This document shows positions 31,901 to 43,001 of a stretch of 64,000 nucleotides of DNA, in pieces; the first letter of the stretch is position 1, and each line of letters begins with the position of its first letter. The notes beneath the pieces are model-generated. The model was not told the origin of the DNA and did no database searches. It saw only the letters and a list, made by a program, of their open reading frames with translations. The position numbers and the translations under genes are program-made. This DNA comes from Spirochaetota bacterium. GTDB lineage: Bacteria > Spirochaetota > UBA4802 > UBA5550. Location: assembly GCA_963664815.2 (NCBI GenBank), contig CAXXHB010000003.1, positions 1,920,001 through 1,984,000 on the forward strand, read 5' to 3'.

Positions 31901-33745
31901 ATGAAATCACTTAAGTATAAAACAATGATTCTCATTGCGCTTACAGTATTCATCATATCTGTAATTTTTGGTTTCATATCCTATATGCAGATAAAAAAAA
32001 TACTCTTGAGCAAAACTGAACAAGCATTTATTGCAATTACATCTGAAGCATCAAAGGTTATACAGGCTAACATGCGCACAAATACAGCAGTAATGGAAAC
32101 ACTTGCGGAAAGAAGAATTATTGACGATGATACCCCATGGCAGAAAAAAGTGGAATCCATGGAAAAAGAGGCAAAGCGTACAGGGTTTGAAGTTTTCTCG
32201 TTTGCTGATACTGATGCAAATTCATACAGATATAATATGGAAAAATCACCATCGAAAATCTCAGACAGGGATTACTATATAAGAGCCATCGCGGGTATAC
32301 CGACTTATTCTTCAGTATTTATAAGCAGGGTTTCAGGTTTGCCAAGCATTTCTGTTGCTGTTCCAGTAAGAAGAGACGGGAAAATAACAGGAGTATTCTA
32401 TGGTATAAGAGATGGCAATGATATATCACATCTGGTGGAAAACATTAAAATAGGTGAGACAGGTTATGCTTATGTCGTAAACAAAGAAGGGACTGTTCAG
32501 GGACATAAAGACAGTCAGCTTGTTCTGAAAATGTACAATCCGATTAAAGAATCTTCTCAGGATAAATCACTCAATCAGCTTGCCGGGTTTTTAAAAAAAG
32601 CAATATCCGGAGATAAAGGAACTGCTCAATATTTTTTCAAGGGACACGATATTTTCTGTTCATACGCACCAATTGCAGGGACAGATGGCTGGTTTGTAGT
32701 TATAGCTATTGAAATGAATGAATTATTAAACGATGTTAATCATCTGAGAAATATTATTATATTGATTACAATTGCGCTTACTATTTTAGGTGTTGTTCTT
32801 TCATATTATATAGGGAACCACATAGCTAAACCAATTATAGCAGCAGCAACTTATGCAGAGAATCTTGCCAGACTTGACTTCAGCAAGGATGTTGAAGAGA
32901 CATATATTAACAGAAATGATGAAATAGGAATACTTGCAAGATCGTTTCAGATACTTATTGATATATTGAGAACAACTGTCACAGAAATTATAAGATCAGC
33001 TCAGGAGGTTGCCGTTGCTACAGTTAAAATAAGCGACGATAATCAGAATCTTTCTCAGAGAACTTCGGAACAGGCATCATCACTTGAAGAAATTGCCGCT
33101 GCCGTTGAAGAAGCCAATGCTTCAACAAGACAGAGTTTTGATAACTCCATTGAAGCAAATAACTACGCCAATAACTCATTAAAACTTGCTCAGGATGGCG
33201 GAAAAACAGTAGATACAGCTATAATTGCGATTGGAGAAATCAATGCTTCAAGCTCAAAAATTGCTGAAATAATTACAATGATTAACGAAATTGCTTTTCA
33301 GACTAATCTTCTTGCACTCAATGCAGCTGTTGAAGCTGCCAGGGCAGGAGAGCAGGGACGAGGATTCGCAGTAGTTGCAGGTGAAGTCAGGAATCTGGCC
33401 CAGAGAGCCGGCGCAGCGGCCAGGGAAATAGATATTCTTATTAAAAATTCTATCGATAAAATAGAGACCGGAACAAGCCTTGTTAATAAAAGCGGACTGG
33501 CTCTTGCAGAAATTATTGCATCAATACAAAAAGTAAACACACTTGTATCAGATATGACTGCTGCAAGCGAGGAACAGAGACGCGGGATTGAGCAGATTAA
33601 TACAGCAATAACAGACATGGATACAATGACCCAGCAGAATGCTGCACTTGTAGAAAAAACTGCTGCAGCAAGTGAGGAGATGTCTGCCCAGGCGGGTGAA
33701 CTTGTGTCCATTGTTGAGAGATTCAGCGTTAATGCAAAAAACTAA
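31901..33745 (+). CDS. Methyl-accepting chemotaxis protein (dCache, HAMP)
   Basis: Two TMs, dCache region, [34 protein letters not shown]. Confidence 0.96.
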   Translation: MKSLKYKTMILIALTVFIISVIFGFISYMQIKKILLSKTEQAFIAITSEASKVIQANMRTNTAVMETLAERRIIDDDTPWQKKVESMEKEAKRTGFEVFSFADTDANSYRYNMEKSPSKISDRDYYIRAIAGIPTYSSVFISRVSGLPSISVAVPVRRDGKITGVFYGIRDGNDISHLVENIKIGETGYAYVVNKEGTVQGHKDSQLVLKMYNPIKESSQDKSLNQLAGFLKKAISGDKGTAQYFFKGHDIFCSYAPIAGTDGWFVVIAIEMNELLNDVNHLRNIIILITIALTILGVVLSYYIGNHIAKPIIAAATYAENLARLDFSKDVEETYINRNDEIGILARSFQILIDILRTTVTEIIRSAQEVAVATVKISDDNQNLSQRTSEQASSLEEIAAAVEEANASTRQSFDNSIEANNYANNSLKLAQDGGKTVDTAIIAIGEINASSSKIAEIITMINEIAFQTNLLALNAAVEAARAGEQGRGFAVVAGEVRNLAQRAGAAAREIDILIKNSIDKIETGTSLVNKSGLALAEIIASIQKVNTLVSDMTAASEEQRRGIEQINTAITDMDTMTQQNAALVEKTAAASEEMSAQAGELVSIVERFSVNAKN

Positions 33746-34047
33746 GTTTAAATAAAATTTAGACAGGTAATTACAATTGCAATTTATATTGAATTATAGC
33801 TGTTAAAAACTGAATCAATTCATTTTCCATCATTTACGCGAAGAAGTGAATCCAATTAATATTAACATCTGTTTCTTTTCATTTTTTCATTGTTAAACAA
33901 CTTTAAAACTTCTTCTTTTAAATATTATTTAAAAAAAATTATTCTTTATGAATTTCATATCTAATAAGATAATGGACCTGTAATAACATTGTGTTCGTAA
34001 ATACAGAGATACGAAAAATGATAATTTTACATGTGGATTATTGATTT

Positions 34048-36135
34048 ATGATTGATTACAAAGCTGTAATTATAAATTCATCATTCGGATATGCTTATCA
34101 CAGGCTGATACTTGATGAAAAAGGGAAACCTGCCGATTATGAATTTCTAGATGTAAATGCTGCATTTGAAAAATTAACAGGTATGAAAAAAGATAATATA
34201 ACGGGTTTAAGAGTCACTGATTTAATACCTGATATAAAAAAGGATACATTTGACTGGATTGGTTTTTACGGAAAAGCAGTACTTAGTAAAAAAGGTCACG
34301 AAATTGAAAAATACAGTGAAAGTCTTAAGAAATGGCACAGAATTGAAGTTATACCCATGGAAGGACTCTGTTTTGCGGCCCTTTTTATTGATATAACTAC
34401 ATTGAAAGAGAATATATCACAGATGAAACAATACCTGCATTATTCTCCGAAGGGAATTTTTATTACTGATAAAAATGGAAGATATATTATTGTAAATCAG
34501 GCCGCATGTAAATTATTGGGATATAATGAAAACCAATTACTGACAATGTCAATAACCGATATTGTACCACCGGATAACAGGGACATAGCTCTTTCCTTAT
34601 TCAAAACATTCAGAGAAAAGAAGGACGTCAGCGATGAAGTTTTACTTCAGAGAAGTGACGGTACAACTGTTTGGGTTGAACTCGCTTCTGTAGCTCTTCC
34701 TGACGGTACATTTATGGCATATTGTATTGATATTTCTCATAGGAAGAAATCTGAAACAGAACTTAAGGAGTTGCTTCATTTTAATAAAACACTTCTTAAT
34801 ACCATTCCTGCCCCGATATACTATAAAAATAAAGAGGGCAGATATCTCGGTGTAAATAATGCCTTTGCAGATTTTTATGGTAAATCGCAAGAAGAGATGA
34901 CAGGCCATACAGTTTTTGAGATTGCTCCTCCTGAACTTGCTGAAATTTATTACAAAATGGATAATAATCTGATTTTAAATCATGGTGTACAGGTTTATGA
35001 ATCTCAGATAGAAAATTCAAAAGGTGAGTTTCATGACGTTATATTTCACAAGGCGACTTTCAATGATCTGAATGGTGAAACTGGTGGATTAATCGGAGTT
35101 ATTCTAGACATCACTGAGAGAAAAAAAGCCGAGAAGGAGCTTGAACTTTATTACAGGGCAATGCAATCAATAGATCAGCCGGTTTTAATAACTGATAATA
35201 AAGGAAGAATAATACGTGTTAATAAAGCGTTTATAAGATTGTACGGTTTTTCAATTGAAGAACTTGAAGGTGAAAACCCAAGAATATTGAATCCTGGAAA
35301 AAATGTATATCTTGACCTGGGATATACAGAAGAAGAACATGCCAGGCTTTTTAAATCGATGTGGGAGGCAATAACAAATAAAGAAGTTGGTACATGGGAA
35401 AATGTTGTAATCAACAGAAAAAAGGATGGAACTATCGTCTGGGTCAGGCTCTTTATAAACGTGGTTTATGATGACAATGGCGTACCTATTAATTACATAG
35501 CTCTGCCTGTTGATATATCAGGTACTGTACAGAAGGAAGTAACGACACGCATACAGCTATATCAGACAATAGCCGGACTTGCAGAACTGAGAGACAATGA
35601 AACAGGAAACCATATGAGACGTGTCGGTATATTTGCAAAGCTTATAGCCAGAGAATACGGAATGCCTGAAAAGTACTGTAATGATATTGAAATATTCGCT
35701 CCCCTTCACGATATCGGTAAAGTCGGTATATCAGATTATCTGCTTCTTGCAGGAAGAAAGCTGACACAGGAAGAGTTCGAAATTATGAAAACGCATACAA
35801 TTATGGGTCACAACATTGTAAAAGGTAAAAAGGAGCTTGAGATGGTGGCCGCTATAACAATAAGCCACCACGAGTGGTTCAATGGAGATGGATATCCTAA
35901 TTCCCTGGCAGGTAAAGATATCCCACTTTCTGCAAGAATTACAGCAATAGCAGATGTTTATGATGCATTAAGAAATAAAAGACCTTATAAAGTTGAATGG
36001 GACCATGTTACTTCAAGAGATTATATAATTAACAAATCTGGAAAGCAGTTTGATCCTTCTCTTGTAGAAATATTTATAAAAGTGAATGATAAGTTTGATA
36101 TAATATTCAATGAGCTTAAAGATAATCCTGCTTGA
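34048..36135 (+). CDS. Multi-PAS HD-GYP phosphodiesterase
   Basis: Four PAS repeats; HDIGK, HHEWFNGDGYP, ADVYDAL, RPYK. Confidence 0.93.
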   Translation: MIDYKAVIINSSFGYAYHRLILDEKGKPADYEFLDVNAAFEKLTGMKKDNITGLRVTDLIPDIKKDTFDWIGFYGKAVLSKKGHEIEKYSESLKKWHRIEVIPMEGLCFAALFIDITTLKENISQMKQYLHYSPKGIFITDKNGRYIIVNQAACKLLGYNENQLLTMSITDIVPPDNRDIALSLFKTFREKKDVSDEVLLQRSDGTTVWVELASVALPDGTFMAYCIDISHRKKSETELKELLHFNKTLLNTIPAPIYYKNKEGRYLGVNNAFADFYGKSQEEMTGHTVFEIAPPELAEIYYKMDNNLILNHGVQVYESQIENSKGEFHDVIFHKATFNDLNGETGGLIGVILDITERKKAEKELELYYRAMQSIDQPVLITDNKGRIIRVNKAFIRLYGFSIEELEGENPRILNPGKNVYLDLGYTEEEHARLFKSMWEAITNKEVGTWENVVINRKKDGTIVWVRLFINVVYDDNGVPINYIALPVDISGTVQKEVTTRIQLYQTIAGLAELRDNETGNHMRRVGIFAKLIAREYGMPEKYCNDIEIFAPLHDIGKVGISDYLLLAGRKLTQEEFEIMKTHTIMGHNIVKGKKELEMVAAITISHHEWFNGDGYPNSLAGKDIPLSARITAIADVYDALRNKRPYKVEWDHVTSRDYIINKSGKQFDPSLVEIFIKVNDKFDIIFNELKDNPA

Positions 36136-36188
36136 ACAACCGGTTTTTCTACAAAAATTTCCTTATTTTGTATATCCAGTCATTCGAT

Positions 36189-36509
36189 TTAAACATCCGG
36201 CGGGAGATTTTTAAACTTATCTGCAAGGAAAAGAAATGTAGCATTCAAAAGCTGCATCTCAACACAATACTCACTGTCTTCAGGCGTACCATCCTTAAAA
36301 AAAAGACCCTGAAACTCCATTGCAAAAGATATATACTTTTGTGCTTCAGTGTAATTACCGTATAAAAGGTATTTAAATCCTCTTCGAACGAAAATATATG
36401 GAGTAAGCCCTGTTTCATGAAATACCTTTGATATCTCAGCCACGTCCGGTAATCCTGAAGCTTTTCGGGAATCAATGATAGAAGCAGTTGTATTATTTGG
36501 AAGTTTCAT
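36189..36509 (-). CDS. Small hypothetical protein, paralog of 39943..40263
   Basis: Shares TPYIxVR, GxYxEA, FxGxF and LADxFKxL with the paralog. Confidence 0.75.
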   Translation of the reverse strand: MKLPNNTTASIIDSRKASGLPDVAEISKVFHETGLTPYIFVRRGFKYLLYGNYTEAQKYISFAMEFQGLFFKDGTPEDSEYCVEMQLLNATFLFLADKFKNLPPDV

Positions 36510-36517
36510 ATTTTTTG

Positions 36518-36644
36518 TTATATTCGATAATATCGATAATATTTTAATTATATTCGATATACCCGTATTTATGCAAAAAAAGTCAACTTTATTTACTATT
36601 TTTAAATAAAAAATATTTTGATAATTCGGTATTATCGAATATAA
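36518..36644. promoter_or_regulatory. Putative operator repeats between divergent genes
   Basis: TTATATTCGATAATA at 36518, TTATATTCGATATA at 36548, inverted copy TATTATCGAATATAA at 36630. Confidence 0.6.
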
Positions 36645-36651
36645 TAACTAT

Positions 36652-37047
36652 ATGACTGGATATGGGACAAAACTAAAAAACCTGATAAAAGATTCCGGAT
36701 ATACACTAAAGCAGATATCTGAAAAAATTGAGGTGCCTGCATCTACTATTGCATCATGGTACAAATCCGAGTATCCTCCGCTTGAAGCAATAATCAAGAT
36801 GTGTTGCTTTTTAAAAATCAATCTATGGGAATTCTTTATTAATGATAATGAAGATTTAAAAAATATTCTGCCCGATTATATCAAACCGGAAGATGCGGCT
36901 CTGTTTAAACTGCTAAACAACGATGTTGATATCAGTATCAGAATTGAAGTTAAAAAGCTGATGGTTCAAACAATGAAAGTTGTACTTTCAGGTAATGTTG
37001 ATAAACTGAAGGATAAACCTGAATATAAGATGCTTTTTGGAGATTAA
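36652..37047 (+). CDS. XRE/Cro-type HTH regulator, paralog of 40404..40802
   Basis: KLKNL...YTLKQISEKIEVPASTIASW HTH; C-terminal LPDYIKPEDAAL shared with paralog. Confidence 0.88.
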   Translation: MTGYGTKLKNLIKDSGYTLKQISEKIEVPASTIASWYKSEYPPLEAIIKMCCFLKINLWEFFINDNEDLKNILPDYIKPEDAALFKLLNNDVDISIRIEVKKLMVQTMKVVLSGNVDKLKDKPEYKMLFGD

Positions 37048-37083
37048 TAATATTCTGTTATGCTGATAAAAGTTCGGATATTA

Positions 37084-38370
37084 TCACAATAGTTTCAAAC
37101 TGACTCTTGCTCCCAGCCTGTGGAGTAGACGATAAAGTCCATACATTGTTCTCCCGAAATACATAAAACCCCCATGGTAACTTTCGATATAGTTATATAT
37201 TTCAGGTATATAAATTTTCATTTCATTGAAATAATCTGTGTTTTCTGCAAAATCGAAATATTCCGATCTTACAGGTCGTGTAATATACTCGATCCATGAT
37301 GTAAAGAATTTATAAGACTCCCTGTCAGTTTCGCTTTTTTTACATTTTATACCTGAAAGTCTGAAAAGTTCTTCAGCATTGTTAAAATTACCTTTATCAA
37401 TAAAATCCGGACTCAGTTTTTTTACACATCCGAAATCGATCAGTCCGAGTCTGCCGTCATCACGGAATAGAAAATTACCTATATTCGGGTCAGCATGTAT
37501 AAGAAAATTCCCTTTTATCGATGAAATAAAAAGATCACACAGAAGCTGGCCATAATAACTGCGTTTATCCCTGTCCGGAGACCGGTATAGCCAGCCATCT
37601 AGTTTTTCCCCATCTATAAAAGAAGTTGCAAGTACACGTTCGGAGCTGTATTCCCTGTAAACTTCAGGTATGATTATATTATCCATGCAGAGATTATTAT
37701 AAAAAAAATCTGTGTTATCCGCTTCAAGCCTGTAGTCGAGTTCTTCGGCCAAACCCTCTTCAATCTCTGTTAATGCACCGTCAATAATCCATGAAAAGGG
37801 GGTTATTCTTAAAATATTCCTTAACATCTGTACATCAGATTTAATACTTTCCGCGATGCCTGGATACTGGACCTTTACCGCAATTTTTTTGCCTTTAAGG
37901 GATTCAGCTCTGTGTACCTGACCGATGCTTGCTGCAGCGAACGGTGTTGATTCAAAGGAGCTGAATATATTCTCCGGCCATTCTCCGAGTTCACGTTTTA
38001 TAATATTGCGTATAAGTCCCCTGCTTATCGGCGGTACCTGGTTAGCCGATTTGATCAGTTCTTTTTGATATGTTTCCGGCAATCTTTCAGTTTCCATTGA
38101 GAACATCTGCGCGAGCTTTACCGGTGCACCTTTCAGCATACCTATCGCAGAGAATATAATTTTGGCAATCTCATCGTTATTAGACTCACGTAACTCTTCT
38201 TTCTTATCGCCATCAATAAAAGGGAGTTTTGAAACATACTCCAGCTTTTTGAGTCCTGCCTTTGCTGTCGTTATACCGATTACGCTGCTGCGTTTAATCT
38301 TTCCTTTTGGTATATTAGTCTGTTCCATGCTTTTCATCGTCCATCCCTGACTTACTGCGCATTTTTTCAT
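37084..38370 (-). CDS. ABC1/UbiB atypical kinase
   Basis: KLAQM, PFAAASIGQVH, AVKVQYPG, ELDY, HADPNIGN, IDFG. Confidence 0.93.
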   Translation of the reverse strand: MKKCAVSQGWTMKSMEQTNIPKGKIKRSSVIGITTAKAGLKKLEYVSKLPFIDGDKKEELRESNNDEIAKIIFSAIGMLKGAPVKLAQMFSMETERLPETYQKELIKSANQVPPISRGLIRNIIKRELGEWPENIFSSFESTPFAAASIGQVHRAESLKGKKIAVKVQYPGIAESIKSDVQMLRNILRITPFSWIIDGALTEIEEGLAEELDYRLEADNTDFFYNNLCMDNIIIPEVYREYSSERVLATSFIDGEKLDGWLYRSPDRDKRSYYGQLLCDLFISSIKGNFLIHADPNIGNFLFRDDGRLGLIDFGCVKKLSPDFIDKGNFNNAEELFRLSGIKCKKSETDRESYKFFTSWIEYITRPVRSEYFDFAENTDYFNEMKIYIPEIYNYIESYHGGFMYFGRTMYGLYRLLHRLGARVSLKLL

Positions 38371-39088
38371 TCATAGCAGTATATAATACATTTTTAGCAG
38401 GAAAAATTTTACTGATATTCTGGAAATTGCTGTATATATGATTTTTAAAGATAAAAGAAGCAATGTTAGTAAATTTAAAAATTAGTCCGCTGTGAAGAAT
38501 TTCGACAATGACATCCAGGCTCAGATCTATAAACTGGCTTGTGTTACTCATCCCTGTTGATTTATCGTTGCACCAGTAAAGGCTGACAATACCGACGTAA
38601 TCCCAGTATAAATTTGTAATAAAACTTTTAAAGACATATTCCTGTATCTCATTTTTATGAAGAGCATCTACAAAAAATTCATTCACAGATTTTGTAAAGA
38701 GATCTTTTATCGGAATCATCTCTGTAAAAGTGCGGAGCGGTGAATCGAACATAAGCCTGAACGCTTCAACTACAAATTCACGATCTTCAAGATACATATC
38801 TAACAGGGATTCCATCTGAGTCTGAAGCTTTTCTTTCAGAGTAAACTCTCCGAATTCAGGAATTGTTTTCATAAGATTTACAAGATCGCCATGCTTATCC
38901 TCAAAATATGCATACAGAATCTTTTCCTTGGTTGGAAAATAATTATAGATTGTAGCAGTACCAAAACCAGCCTTTTCAGAAATTTCACGCATAGTTGAAT
39001 TTTGAAAACCTTTATATGTCATAATCTCTACTGCGGCTTTTAACAGTTTTTTACGGATTTCATTTTTCTGTTCCTGAGATACTTTCAT
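38315..39088 (-). CDS. TetR-family regulator
   Basis: GFQNSTMREISEKAGFGTATIYNYFPTKE. Confidence 0.92.
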   Translation of the reverse strand: MKVSQEQKNEIRKKLLKAAVEIMTYKGFQNSTMREISEKAGFGTATIYNYFPTKEKILYAYFEDKHGDLVNLMKTIPEFGEFTLKEKLQTQMESLLDMYLEDREFVVEAFRLMFDSPLRTFTEMIPIKDLFTKSVNEFFVDALHKNEIQEYVFKSFITNLYWDYVGIVSLYWCNDKSTGMSNTSQFIDLSLDVIVEILHSGLIFKFTNIASFIFKNHIYSNFQNISKIFPAKNVLYTAMNEKMRSKSGMDDEKHGTD

Positions 39089-39101
39089 AAGCTACCCTCA
39101 A

Positions 39102-39602
39102 TTATTTAAATAAAGCATATGCATCCTTTGTCATTTCACCGAAGTATACACACCTGGCATCAGTAAATTTTAAATCGCGTACAACATGCATATTATCCCA
39201 GACGATTTTATATCCTTTTGTTCTTTTAAAAACTTTAACCTTCTTCATCCATAAATCTATCTCTCTATCAGTTGCCACCCTTCGTGGACCGGCTGTCCCA
39301 TAAAGACGGATAGCACAGGGAGAATTAAATCTGCCGCGAATCATACTTGTAAGCATAAAAAAGAATCCGCTGTTTGCAGCAAGTATGCATACATTGGGAT
39401 TCTCTTCCAGATTGTGTGGTAAATTTTTTGGATACTCCTCAAAATAAAAAGCATGTCCCGGTTCAAGGAAAATCAATGATCCTATCGGGGTAATATGAGG
39501 CAGGCCTTCAGGTGTAACTGTGGCTATTGCGTAATGACCTGAAGAAGAAAGTGCTTTTTTAAATAAACGCTGGATGTTTTCCCAGTTTTTTATGATATCC
39601 AT
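39102..39602 (-). CDS. Pyridoxamine 5'-phosphate oxidase-like FMN-binding protein
   Basis: IATVTPEGLPHITPIGS, NLEENPNVCI. Confidence 0.8.
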   Translation of the reverse strand: MDIIKNWENIQRLFKKALSSSGHYAIATVTPEGLPHITPIGSLIFLEPGHAFYFEEYPKNLPHNLEENPNVCILAANSGFFFMLTSMIRGRFNSPCAIRLYGTAGPRRVATDREIDLWMKKVKVFKRTKGYKIVWDNMHVVRDLKFTDARCVYFGEMTKDAYALFK

Positions 39603-39942
39603 TTTAAACTCTCATTTATCTCGCCAGATTTTAATAAATAAATACTATTCATTAAATAGCAATATAAACCATATATAATATAGCATTTACATATTAGTCA
39701 ATCTTTTTTTAAATTTCAATCTCCTTTTTTGCTATCTCTTTATTATTAAGGATTAATATTGAATGATATCTAACGAAAAAGATTGAATTCAGTTTTAATG
39801 CAGCTATATTTGAGAGGTTTTTAATAAAGTCCGGGTAGAATGAATCATGCTTCGTATATTGTTTTTACTCTACTGAGTATTATGTTATTAACTGATTTAT
39901 TTATATTATAGACATATTCCGGTTGTTTTTATACCCGTACTG

Positions 39943-40263
39943 TTACAACTTTTTAAACTCATCGGCAAGATGCAGCTCAATATATTTTAAAAGTTCTATT
40001 GTCTTTGCATAATCTTCATTTTCAGCTGTATTTTTTTCATAGAAAACCCCTTCAAACCCTCCAGCCAGTTCAAGAAGCCTGTATGCCTCTTTATATTCAC
40101 CCTGAACAAGCTGCCTCAAGGAATTACGTACATATATATATGGAGTAACATCCAGCCGCTTTAATATTTCTGAAATAAAAACTGATGTTCCTTTGCTGTC
40201 AAGAGCAAGCGGGTATTGTATCAAAGAACTTGCAAAGATTCTGAACATGTTTACCTCCGGCAT
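39943..40263 (-). CDS. Small hypothetical protein, paralog of 36189..36509
   Basis: TPYIYVR, GEYKEA, FEGVF, LADEFKKL. Confidence 0.75.
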   Translation of the reverse strand: MPEVNMFRIFASSLIQYPLALDSKGTSVFISEILKRLDVTPYIYVRNSLRQLVQGEYKEAYRLLELAGGFEGVFYEKNTAENEDYAKTIELLKYIELHLADEFKKL

Positions 40264-40403
40264 ATTTATTTCTGAATAAAATAATAGAAATAATATGTAT
40301 ATTAAATCACATAATATACTTTAATGTTCTAATATCAAGAAATATTTTTTCTAAACATTAATTTATTATTTATTTTTTTTCTAAAAATATTAATTTAAAT
40401 AAT

Positions 40404-40802
40404 ATGAAACTAGGTGATAAATTAAAAAACCTGAGGGAGCATTACGGTTACAGCCAAACCCAGATTGCAAATGTGCTTGATACTTCACAGAGGAATGTCT
40501 CTAATTATGAATCAACAGAAGAGATAACCGGCTTACTTGATTATATATTCAAGTTTTGCAGATATTTCAAGATACCTGTCTCAGAATTTTTTATTGAAAA
40601 TATAAGTGATTTAAAAAATACATTACCTGATTACATCAAACCGGAAGATGCAGCTTTAATAAAGATAATAAATACAGGGGTTGATATCCAGACACAGATA
40701 GAAATTAAAAAGGCTTTTATACAGGTGGCCAGGGCTATTCTGATAAATAAGTCTGACAGGATTAAGGATATGCCTGAGTATAAAGAGTTGTTCGGAGAGT
40801 GA
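40404..40802 (+). CDS. XRE-type HTH regulator, paralog of 36652..37047
   Basis: KLKNLREHYGYSQTQIANVLDTSQRNVSNYE; LPDYIKPEDAAL; PEYKELFGE. Confidence 0.9.
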   Translation: MKLGDKLKNLREHYGYSQTQIANVLDTSQRNVSNYESTEEITGLLDYIFKFCRYFKIPVSEFFIENISDLKNTLPDYIKPEDAALIKIINTGVDIQTQIEIKKAFIQVARAILINKSDRIKDMPEYKELFGE

Positions 40803-40864
40803 AATAAACCCTGCTTTTGTTTCCATATTTAAAAAATTGGTAATTCATTCTGCCACAGGATTTG

Positions 40865-42709
40865 TCAGAAATCCTCTTCAACGAGCTTCATGGCAGAAAT
40901 ATCGTTGCTTTCAATCGCCTGTTTTATCGCAAAAGCCTGCGGAAGCACGTTGTTGATAAAAAATGTGGAGGTGAGTATTTTGCTGTTGTAAAATGCTGCA
41001 TCTCTGTCTTTTGCTGTCAGCTGTTCCATTTTCACTATATCTTTTACATCAAACCCTTCGTTAGCGGCTTTTCCGGCGAGTTTCTGTGATGCAATTCCGG
41101 CCTGCCAGTAAAGAAGCCACGCAGACATTACAATACCGGTAAGGTTTAGGAACGGGTATGAGTTAACAAGAGGTATTAATAAATTCTTTTCTTTCATACA
41201 CCCCGTTAAATATTCCGCTGTATCGGTAAAAACATTAACGGCATCCCTGAATTTACCGGATAATCCGGAAATTAAATCTATACTGCTGTATTTGTCAAGA
41301 GCTGAATACATTTCTGTCACAAGGTTTCTGAAGTTCTGACCGCTATTCTGACTCAATTTGCGCATAACAAGATCTGTGGACTGTATACCGTTTGTTCCCT
41401 CGTATATGGAACCTATCTTCATATCGCGGAGAAATTGTTCTACGGGATAATCCTTACAGTAACCGTAGCCTCCATAAACCTGCATTGCTGTTTCCGTAAT
41501 CCTGAATCCTGTGTCAGTCCCGAATGCTTTAAGAACCGGAACCATAAATTCCATAATACCGCCCCACTTTCCGGATTCATCACCTGCGGATGACTTTTTA
41601 CGGTCAATTGAATAAGCGCATAGAAAAACCATTGCACGGAGAGCTTCCACATGGGATTTCATCCACATCAGCATTCGCCTTACGTCGGGATGATTGATTA
41701 TTGTAACAGCTTTCGCATCGGACCCCGTAATCGGCCTCCCCTGTATTCGTTCCTTTGCGTATGATAAAGCATGATGGTAAGCTGCAGAACCGGTGCTCAG
41801 GCCCTGCAATCCCATATTTATCCGCTCCTCGTTCATCATATTGAACATTATCTTCATTCCCTGCCGTTGCTCCCCCAGAAGTTCCGCGTAGCAGTTGTCA
41901 TTATCCCCGAAACTCATGGCACAGGTTGCGTTCGCGCTGAGACCAAGCTTATGTTCTATACCTGTGACGGTGTAGTCATTTCTGCGCCCTTTTGAACCAT
42001 CATCATTCACAAGGTATTTCGGCATAAGAAACAGCGATACACCCGACGTGCCTTCAGGATCACCTTCAATACGCGCGAGTATTGGATGTATAATGTTTTC
42101 AAACAGATCGTTATCACCGCATGATATGAATATCTTCTGACCCTTTATTTTGTAGGTACCATCAGGCTGCCTGATTGCTTTTGTTTTAAGAGCACCTACA
42201 TCAGATCCGGCATCAGGTTCTGTAATCAGCATTGTTCCGCCGTTTTTGCCTTCAAATATTTTGTGCATATATTTTTTTTTCTGATCATCTGTCCCGAAGT
42301 CATAAATAAGGTGGGCCGCCCCGGTTGCTCCGGCCGGATACATAAAGTATCCCATATGAAAAAGAAAGTTTTCCTGCACAGCAGTCTCAATAACGTAGGG
42401 CATACCCTGCCCGCCGGCATCCTGCGGAGCTGAGACAGTGAGCCATCCCCCGTCAGACATAATTTTCTGCAGAGAGTGAAGGCATTTCGGCACATAAACT
42501 GAACCATTAACAAGCGAGGCACCCTCCCTGTCAGCCTCCATACACCGGGGAAGCACCTCTTTCTCACCAAGTTTATATGCCATGTCAAGAGTCATATCGA
42601 ATGTATCTCGCGTGAAATCTTTAAATTTTTCAGTTAAAAAAAGTTCTTCAATACCAAGCATTTCATAGAGTATAAAATCCTGGTCACGCCTGTTTGTTGT
42701 AAGTGACAT
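40865..42709 (-). CDS. Acyl-CoA dehydrogenase
   Basis: GTMLITEPDAGSDVG, GQKIFIS, MMNEER, QVYGGYGY, IYEGTNGIQ. Confidence 0.95.
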   Translation of the reverse strand: MSLTTNRRDQDFILYEMLGIEELFLTEKFKDFTRDTFDMTLDMAYKLGEKEVLPRCMEADREGASLVNGSVYVPKCLHSLQKIMSDGGWLTVSAPQDAGGQGMPYVIETAVQENFLFHMGYFMYPAGATGAAHLIYDFGTDDQKKKYMHKIFEGKNGGTMLITEPDAGSDVGALKTKAIRQPDGTYKIKGQKIFISCGDNDLFENIIHPILARIEGDPEGTSGVSLFLMPKYLVNDDGSKGRRNDYTVTGIEHKLGLSANATCAMSFGDNDNCYAELLGEQRQGMKIMFNMMNEERINMGLQGLSTGSAAYHHALSYAKERIQGRPITGSDAKAVTIINHPDVRRMLMWMKSHVEALRAMVFLCAYSIDRKKSSAGDESGKWGGIMEFMVPVLKAFGTDTGFRITETAMQVYGGYGYCKDYPVEQFLRDMKIGSIYEGTNGIQSTDLVMRKLSQNSGQNFRNLVTEMYSALDKYSSIDLISGLSGKFRDAVNVFTDTAEYLTGCMKEKNLLIPLVNSYPFLNLTGIVMSAWLLYWQAGIASQKLAGKAANEGFDVKDIVKMEQLTAKDRDAAFYNSKILTSTFFINNVLPQAFAIKQAIESNDISAMKLVEEDF

Positions 42710-43001
42710 TATTCGCCTCTCTTTATCAGCAGAAGATAATTACATATTATTATTCAATAAGAGTAAAAAAAGTAAATTATGGTGAACTGTAAATATTAGA
42801 TTGTCAATGGAAAAATCCATGTTATTTTCAATCTTCTAATTTTCCATAAACAATTAACACAGGCCTGCACAGATTTAAAATATAGCTGCTGCATTATAGC
42901 GTGATACAAATTTCCTTCACTGACCGCTGCATGCTCAGGAAATATTTATATGATCATATCCGGGTAAGCCGCACTGTTATTTAGAATGAAACGCATTCTA
43001 A

